Below are positions 58,595-64,000 of a stretch of DNA of 64,000 nucleotides, piece by piece (positions within the stretch are counted from its first letter, which is position 1; each line of letters starts with the position of its first letter). Source of the stretch: Candidatus Uhrbacteria bacterium. Its GTDB lineage: Bacteria > Patescibacteriota > Patescibacteriia > JACQRZ01. The DNA lies in contig JACQSC010000002.1 of assembly GCA_016206155.1 (NCBI GenBank), positions 15,473 through 79,472 of the forward strand, written 5' to 3'. The notes below the pieces were generated by a model, which made no database searches, was not told the DNA's origin, and saw only the letters and a program-made list of their open reading frames with translations. The position numbers and the translations under genes are program-made.

Positions 58595-59752
58595 ATGACA
58601 GGACTCACAAAACAGTTCTCCCTTCTCGCAACGAAATACATGCTGGTCGGAGCAACAAGCGCCATCATTGATATCGGATTGCTCGCAGTACTGGTGGAAT
58701 ATGCTCACATCCCTCTTATGCCAGCCGCCACGCTTTCTTTTTTAGTTGCGGTTGGCAATGGATTTTTACTCAATAAGCGTTGGACGTTCCGCGATAGGAG
58801 CAAGCGCCTTGCGCGCCAATATACAAAATTTTTTCTGACCGGCCTTGTTGGCCTTGCGCTGAACGTATCGCTCCTCGCGCTGTTTGTCTATGGATTCAAT
58901 CTCTGGTATCTCCTTGCAAAAATTTTTGTGACGGGCATTGTCTTCTTTTGGAATTTTACAATCAATCGCTTTTGGACATTTCGCGATTATACCATTCCGC
59001 GGCCGGAGCGCACAGCTCCACCAACCAAAGAAGTATCGGTGGTCATCCCTGCGTACAATGAAGAGCGGGAAATCAGCCCGGTTGTTATGAGCGCCGTACG
59101 CTATCTTAGAGAGCGATGGGCGAATGCGGAGATCATTGTCGTTGATGACGGAAGCACGGATACGACTGCCGAGCAATTGCGTTCGCTCATCCTGACCTAT
59201 CCGATGGTACGCGCCATTACGCATGACCAGAACCGAGGCAAGGGCGCGAGCGTGCGTGATGGCGTGCATGCGACGAGAGGAGCGCTTATTCTTTTTATGG
59301 ATGCCGACGGGTCAACACCGATTGAATCGTTTGACGCTTTTGTTCCTTACTTGGGAAAAACGGCGGATATCGTTATCGGTTCTCGATATCTGAAGGAGAG
59401 CTCGATTATCAGAAAACAACCGTGGTGTCGCGTTCTCTTGGGGCGTATTGGAAATTTGATTATACAGCTCGTGCTTCTTGAGAATATCAAAGACACTCAA
59501 TGCGGCTTTAAGGCGTTCACCCATGAATCAGCGCATGCGCTTTTTAGAAAATCTGCGATTAACCGGTGGGGCTTTGACACGGAGATTCTTACACTCGCCC
59601 AGTATATGGGTTATACGATCAAGGAAATTCCGATACAGTGGCACGACAGCGTTACGCGAAAAAGCCGGTTGCGCCCTATAAAGGATGCGCATCGCACATT
59701 GCGCGACCTCATATGTATCAAATACAACATCCTTGCAAAGCGATATCATTGA
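58595..59752 (+). CDS. GtrA-like 4-TM domain fused to a family-2 glycosyltransferase (polyprenyl-phosphate hexose synthase-like)
   Basis: N-terminal 'LVGATSAIIDIGLL...WNFTINRFWTFRD' is a GtrA fold. C-terminal 'VVIPAYNEE', 'VDDGSTDTT' and 'FMDADGS' give a GT2 DxD. Confidence 0.8.
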   Translation: MTGLTKQFSLLATKYMLVGATSAIIDIGLLAVLVEYAHIPLMPAATLSFLVAVGNGFLLNKRWTFRDRSKRLARQYTKFFLTGLVGLALNVSLLALFVYGFNLWYLLAKIFVTGIVFFWNFTINRFWTFRDYTIPRPERTAPPTKEVSVVIPAYNEEREISPVVMSAVRYLRERWANAEIIVVDDGSTDTTAEQLRSLILTYPMVRAITHDQNRGKGASVRDGVHATRGALILFMDADGSTPIESFDAFVPYLGKTADIVIGSRYLKESSIIRKQPWCRVLLGRIGNLIIQLVLLENIKDTQCGFKAFTHESAHALFRKSAINRWGFDTEILTLAQYMGYTIKEIPIQWHDSVTRKSRLRPIKDAHRTLRDLICIKYNILAKRYH

Positions 59753-59791
59753 CAGAGCCATATTTTTCGATATACTTTCTTTCATCATTAT

Positions 59792-59863
59792 GGCCCTATC
59801 GTCTAGTGGTTAGGACGACAGGTTTTCATCCTGTAAACCGGAGTTCGATTCTCCGTGGGGCTA
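59792..59863 (+). tRNA. tRNA-Glu (anticodon TTC)
   Basis: D-loop 'TCGTCTAGTGGTTAGGACG', anticodon stem ACAGG/CCTGT, loop TTTTCAT, T-loop GGAGTTCGATTCTCC. Confidence 0.8.
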
Positions 59864-61233
59864 AATAATGTATACTTTGCGAACTCCCGACTCTCACCAA
59901 GAGTCGGGAGTTCGCTTTTGAGGGGGCAATCGGTTTTTCGGTCGGACAAAACACCAACAGAATTTTTATCGTCGGGGGCAATCGTTAAATCCTTGTGTAA
60001 CGAAAAGGAAATAATAATTTGGTCGGGGGCATACTCAATTTTTTCCAAACATTTTTTCGCAAAGAAATTTCTCTCGATGCCTTTGAGCGAGCGGAGGGTG
60101 ATGGCGAAAAATTTCAAGGTCGCGGCGATACTCTCAGCCGAAATCTGGGAAATCGAAGAGTGCTCGCCTGAGAGTTCGATTCCCTGAGGGTGCCCCGTCG
60201 AACCGTCATTATTCAAGCGAAAAACGAGATTTTCTAGATACGTCTTATCTACAGTCAGACGCTCGAGATCCTCCAGACAAAAATTTTCAAGGCGGTCGGC
60301 AGAAACTTGTTTTACCGAACACGCACCCCAATTCTGCTTTGATATCCTTGTACAACGATAGTAGTAATAGCGCCTCATTTTGCCTTCATGCCACTTGTTC
60401 GTAAAACAAGCTGTCATCGTCGAATTGCAATTTTTGCATTTAACCAGACCGCCGAACAGAAAGTTTTTGTAGAGCTTGAATTTTTTCGTCTTGGACTTGT
60501 GTATTTTTTGAGCAAGTTCAAAGAGTTCAAGAGATATGAGCGGTTCGTGGATGCCGTAGTAATACACCCCTCTATGAAATACTTTCCCGGCATAGACGCG
60601 GTTTCTAAGAATTTTGCTGACATACGTACTCGCGAAATGGTTTCCGCGCTTGTTTCGTGTGTCATTTTCTCTTAACGCCCTATGGACGGCGGCCACAGAC
60701 TGCGTTTCCAGGTATATATCAAACATTAGCTTTATGGCATCACGCTCTTTTGGATGCGGGACCAGCTTCTTGTCTTGACGAATGTATCCATACGGCGTAG
60801 CCCCGCCATTACACATTCCTTTCTTCGCGCGTTCAAGTGCCTTGTCTCGCGTGCGTTCGCTCGTGAGTTCGCGTTCAAATTGCGAGAATGTGAGCATGAT
60901 ATTCCTCAACAGTCTGCCGGCGGGAGTAGACGTATCGAATCGTTCGGTGATGGAGATAAAGTCAAGATTTGCGCGCTCAAAAAATTCTATGAGCTGGTAA
61001 AAATCCTTCGGCGAACGTGTGAGCCGATCAATCTTGTACACGAGGACAACATCGATTTTTTCTTTCTTTGCGTCAGCCAACAATTGCGTGAGGGCGGGCC
61101 GATCAACAGTTGCTCCTGAGTACCCTGCGTCGGAATAGACCTTGCACACCTGCCAATCAGATTGACTCTCAATGAATGAACGGATCTTTAGTTCTTGCGC
61201 TTCACAGGACGAAAACTCCTTCTCTGCCTGCAA
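59803..61233 (-). CDS. large serine recombinase (resolvase/invertase catalytic domain, recombinase domain and zinc ribbon)
   Basis: N-terminal 'EFSSCEAQ...VYKIDRLTRS', recombinase-domain 'GGATPYGYIRQDKKLV', zinc-ribbon Cys pairs 'CKNCNS...YYYRC'. The 3' end of the ORF overlaps tRNA-Glu on the opposite strand. Confidence 0.8.
   Translation of the reverse strand: MQAEKEFSSCEAQELKIRSFIESQSDWQVCKVYSDAGYSGATVDRPALTQLLADAKKEKIDVVLVYKIDRLTRSPKDFYQLIEFFERANLDFISITERFDTSTPAGRLLRNIMLTFSQFERELTSERTRDKALERAKKGMCNGGATPYGYIRQDKKLVPHPKERDAIKLMFDIYLETQSVAAVHRALRENDTRNKRGNHFASTYVSKILRNRVYAGKVFHRGVYYYGIHEPLISLELFELAQKIHKSKTKKFKLYKNFLFGGLVKCKNCNSTMTACFTNKWHEGKMRRYYYYRCTRISKQNWGACSVKQVSADRLENFCLEDLERLTVDKTYLENLVFRLNNDGSTGHPQGIELSGEHSSISQISAESIAATLKFFAITLRSLKGIERNFFAKKCLEKIEYAPDQIIISFSLHKDLTIAPDDKNSVGVLSDRKTDCPLKSELPTLGESREFAKYTLFSPTENRTPVYRMKTCRPNH
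59879..59919 (+). terminator. rho-independent terminator after tRNA-Glu
   Basis: 16 bp perfect stem 'gcgaactcccgactct cacca agagtcgggagttcgc' followed by 'ttttg'. Confidence 0.8.
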
Positions 61234-61472
61234 ATCTGTGGAGACGCGGGTATAGATTGCACAGTTTTTGATCGCAAACTTATAAACGAAACTCCCGCCG
61301 TTAAAGCGGGAGAACGAAGACAGTAGCCGAAGCGCACGAGACGATCATTGGCATCCCAGTTGTCGTTGTCGAGCCAATTCCAGTTCAGCACCCACCGGTC
61401 GTCGTTCCAGTTGAGGTACGCGACGTTGCGGTTGCCATCCGGATTGCGCCGTGCGTACGAAATGTCATCCAT
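61188..61472 (-). CDS. hypothetical protein with an N-terminal Trp-rich motif shared with 61758..62345
   Basis: 'NWNDDRWVLNWNWLDNDNWDANDRLVR' aligns without gaps to 'GWDGGRWYRLWNRLGGGDWSGRGRLLR' in the neighbouring gene. Its 3' end overlaps the recombinase start in another frame. Confidence 0.3.
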   Translation of the reverse strand: MDDISYARRNPDGNRNVAYLNWNDDRWVLNWNWLDNDNWDANDRLVRFGYCLRSPALTAGVSFISLRSKTVQSIPASPQICRQRRSFRPVKRKN

Positions 61473-61757
61473 ACCACCACCCTTCGAGTGCTCTCAGGGT
61501 TGTATCTCATTTGGGATCTATAATCCACCAACATTTCGTACCGAGTCTCTTCCGTTTTTGAAATCGTACAAACGCTCTGCGGAAAGCCGTGGCCGTCCGC
61601 ACTCTGATCTGAAAAATTCCAGAGTTCGGCTGCATGAAGCCATAACCGCATGCTGGCCTACGCTCTGAGAGATAGTATATCACAGGAAAAGAAAAAAAGG
61701 CCAAAGGATCAAACCGCCTGACGGCGGAAGATCCAATGACCCCAAGGGGCATAGTGC

Positions 61758-62345
61758 CTAGTTGGAAGAGACCTCGCGGAGGCGCAGGAGACGACCGCGG
61801 CCAGACCAGTCGCCGCCGCCCAGACGATTCCAGAGCCGGTACCACCGCCCGCCGTCCCAGCCGACAAACGCGGCATCGGCACCGTTGCGCTCTTCGGGAA
61901 AGGCGAAGTACACCTTCCCGCGCAGGGCGACAGGAATCTCGTCCTGATGGTCGAGGATCCACTGACTGTCTTCCGCGCCCATGTTGGCATGGAGCTTCTT
62001 GCCGCGCTCGTGCATGACGGTGCCGTCCACCCAGCCCCTGTCGCCTTTCTCGACAAAGGTCAGGATGTCGTAGATGCGGCCGCCGAGCGTCATCTCGGTC
62101 GGGAGCTCGTCGGTGGCGGGCTTTTCCGGCGCGGAAGACGTGAGGTCGTCTTCCTGCTTGCCGAGCACCTCGGAAATAACCTGCTGGAGCGCGGGAGCTG
62201 CCTTGGCGTGAAGCTTCTTCTTCATGCCGATGAGCCGCTGCGCGTCTTCGAAGGTCAACTTCGGGATGTCGGTGATGAGGGTCGCCGCGATGTCGAGAAT
62301 CTGTTCCTGCGTTGCCATACGGACTGTCTCAGTGGCCAGAGCCAT
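61758..62345 (-). CDS. hypothetical protein encoded in a locally GC-rich (about 62%) segment, with a C-terminal Trp-rich motif
   Basis: Start placed at MALATETV. The region 61700..62400 is visibly richer in G+C than its surroundings. No known domains. Confidence 0.4.
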   Translation of the reverse strand: MALATETVRMATQEQILDIAATLITDIPKLTFEDAQRLIGMKKKLHAKAAPALQQVISEVLGKQEDDLTSSAPEKPATDELPTEMTLGGRIYDILTFVEKGDRGWVDGTVMHERGKKLHANMGAEDSQWILDHQDEIPVALRGKVYFAFPEERNGADAAFVGWDGGRWYRLWNRLGGGDWSGRGRLLRLREVSSN

Positions 62346-63088
62346 TTGAGCTGTTCCTTTCTGTTCCGACCGGCCTATCCCGAAATCGGGCACCGTCTCT
62401 TCTTTTGAGACGAGCAATAAACCTACTTATCACTTAAAATAGGCTTATTGCTCGTCTCATTTCCTCCTGATTATTCAAAGAACTTTATGAATTAAAGCAA
62501 ATTTTCGGTTGCTTGTCAATGGCAAAAGGTCAAAATCTTAATGTTTTCCTTATATTTTCAACAATTCCTTTCTCAATCCAAGCCCTCCCGTTTTACCTTC
62601 GGCCCATTTCCCTTCATACCAGTATTTGTCTGCGCAGTATGTTTCTCCGGTGAGACTGGTAATCACGGGTTTTCGAGAGGTCGAAATATCTCAGTGAAAA
62701 GCAAAGAAGGCCGTCAGATAGTTCATACCGCTTTGAACTATCCGCGATACTAGCATCCGGCATCGGAAAACTCCTCGGCCGGACTCAAAAATGGCATACA
62801 TTTTTGAGCTGCCACCCGAGAGCGGGGCGGCTATTTGGAGAGGTTCATCCTCCGTGATCCATGGATAAAGTTTGGTCGGACGATCCGGAAGTTTGGGGCC
62901 AAATCTGACGAGCTACCAGTACAACCAAATAGATATCCCCTATGGATAGCGGTGAACAGAAATATCGATCCGTTTTTATAACACCCCGTGCATTCTTGGT
63001 GGCAAGCCTCTCTAATCTCTAATGGCTCTAATGGGGTCAGGAGCCATTATTTTGTTTTTCATTACAAAACTGCTAGGATTCATACGCT

Positions 63089-64000
63089 ATGGATCCTATT
63101 ATATCCGCTCACAATCTATCAAAACAATTTCAATTCGCTGTGAAGAATCCTGCGCATGGATTCGTGCGCAATCTTTTTAATCCCGAGCGCAAAACAATAA
63201 CGGCGGTTGACGGCATTTCCTTTTCTGTCCATAGGGCTGAGTCGCTCGCGTTTATCGGGCCAAATGGCGCCGGCAAGTCAACATGCATAAAAATGCTGAC
63301 AGGCATTCTGTATCCCACCTCGGGGAGCATTAGCGTGAGTGGTTTGAATCCGCAAAAAGACAGAAGAGCATTGAGCTATCACATTGGCACGGTCTTTGGC
63401 CAGCGGTCACAGCTCATGTTCAATTTGCCCGCGCGCGATTCATTTGAACTTTTTGGAAAGATTTACGGACTGTCAAACACTGAGATCGCACAGCGGCAAA
63501 AAGAATTGATAGAGCTTTTTGATCTTGGAGAATTCGCCAATCAGCCGGTGCGCAAGCTTTCGCTCGGACAGCGTATGCGCTGTGAAATTGCCGCATCACT
63601 CATCCATAATCCGGAAATTATTTTTCTTGATGAGCCGACGATCGGTCTGGATGTTGTCGCAAAACAAAATCTTCGCGACGTTCTTTCCCGCCTGAACAAG
63701 GAACATGGCACAACGCTTTTTCTCACATCGCATGACCCTGGCGATATTGAGGCGTTGTGCGAACGGACGATTATCATCAATCACGGCACAATAATGTTTG
63801 ATGCGCCGACTGACGACCTTCAAAAGAAATTTTTTACCAACAAAGAAATACGCGTTGAATTCAAAGAGAAGACAACAAATCCTCATATCGCTAACGCGAC
63901 ACTGGTTGAATGCGATGGCAGAATCGCGCATTTTGTCGTGGATACACATCGCCATTCATTGAACAATGTATTAAAAGATATTCTTTTTGCATACGAGGTA
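63089..64000 (+). CDS. ABC transporter ATP-binding protein, 3' end beyond the window
   Basis: 'GPNGAGKSTCIKMLTG', Q-loop, 'LSLGQRMRCEIA', 'IIFLDEPTIGLD'. No stop before the window end. Confidence 0.85.
   Translation, partial: MDPIISAHNLSKQFQFAVKNPAHGFVRNLFNPERKTITAVDGISFSVHRAESLAFIGPNGAGKSTCIKMLTGILYPTSGSISVSGLNPQKDRRALSYHIGTVFGQRSQLMFNLPARDSFELFGKIYGLSNTEIAQRQKELIELFDLGEFANQPVRKLSLGQRMRCEIAASLIHNPEIIFLDEPTIGLDVVAKQNLRDVLSRLNKEHGTTLFLTSHDPGDIEALCERTIIINHGTIMFDAPTDDLQKKFFTNKEIRVEFKEKTTNPHIANATLVECDGRIAHFVVDTHRHSLNNVLKDILFAYEV

Noticed and set aside
59803-59870. Recombinase C-terminus overlapping tRNA-Glu on the opposite strand, as a real protein-coding overlap
   Set aside because: More likely the ORF is extended by chance through the tRNA and att region. 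The conserved recombinase domains end well upstream, and the true stop is uncertain.
61507-62056. Arg/Pro/Gly-rich ORFs (151 aa and 115 aa) in the GC-rich island segment
   Set aside because: They are typical alternative-frame artefacts of a high-GC stretch, with no start context or motifs. The 61758..62345 frame is the more plausible coding one.

Overview
This window looks like a compact, moderately GC bacterial genome segment (about 50% GC), most consistent with a small-genome Patescibacteria/CPR-type organism. That assignment is inference from gene content only.

The backbone is housekeeping genes:
- Translation and RNA: trpS, leuS, rpsT, rpsO, pnp, RNase J, tsaD/tsaE, and tRNA-Leu, Asp, Arg, His and Glu.
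- DNA metabolism: uvrA, ruvB, holA-like.
- Envelope: murI, lgt, lspA, a LysM/M23 peptidase, rfbCD, a GtrA-GT2 fusion and a PMT-like glycosyltransferase.
- Chaperones and proteases: groES/groEL, htpX, lemA, secG.
- Metabolism: a PGM/PMM-family mutase, glyA, pyk.

Several accessory features sit inside this backbone.
1. A cofE-like gene whose 3' terminal ~45 bp is repeated three times, bracketing an orphan MNT nucleotidyltransferase and a RelE/ParE toxin-antitoxin pair.
2. A 29 bp GC-rich palindromic repeat inserted in-frame into lgt and rfbD, with a longer intergenic copy.
3. An intein with a LAGLIDADG domain interrupting the P-loop of RuvB.
4. Several miniature inverted-repeat elements:
   - an inverted pair flanking murI and trpS that also carries a small conserved ORF;
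   - a TIR-bounded 170 bp element with a partial second copy;
   - AT-rich heptamer tandem/hairpin repeats at many gene junctions, and one inside tsaD.
5. A mobile hotspot with a RelE/ParE TA pair, an IS481-like insertion sequence, two tRNA genes and a homing-endonuclease-like gene.
6. A 101 nt atypical tRNA-like gene next to a frameshifted zeta-toxin-like pseudogene.
7. A VapBC pair.
8. A tRNA-Glu-adjacent island encoding a large serine recombinase, with direct repeats and a GC-rich foreign-looking cargo gene.

No rRNA genes and no CRISPR array were seen.
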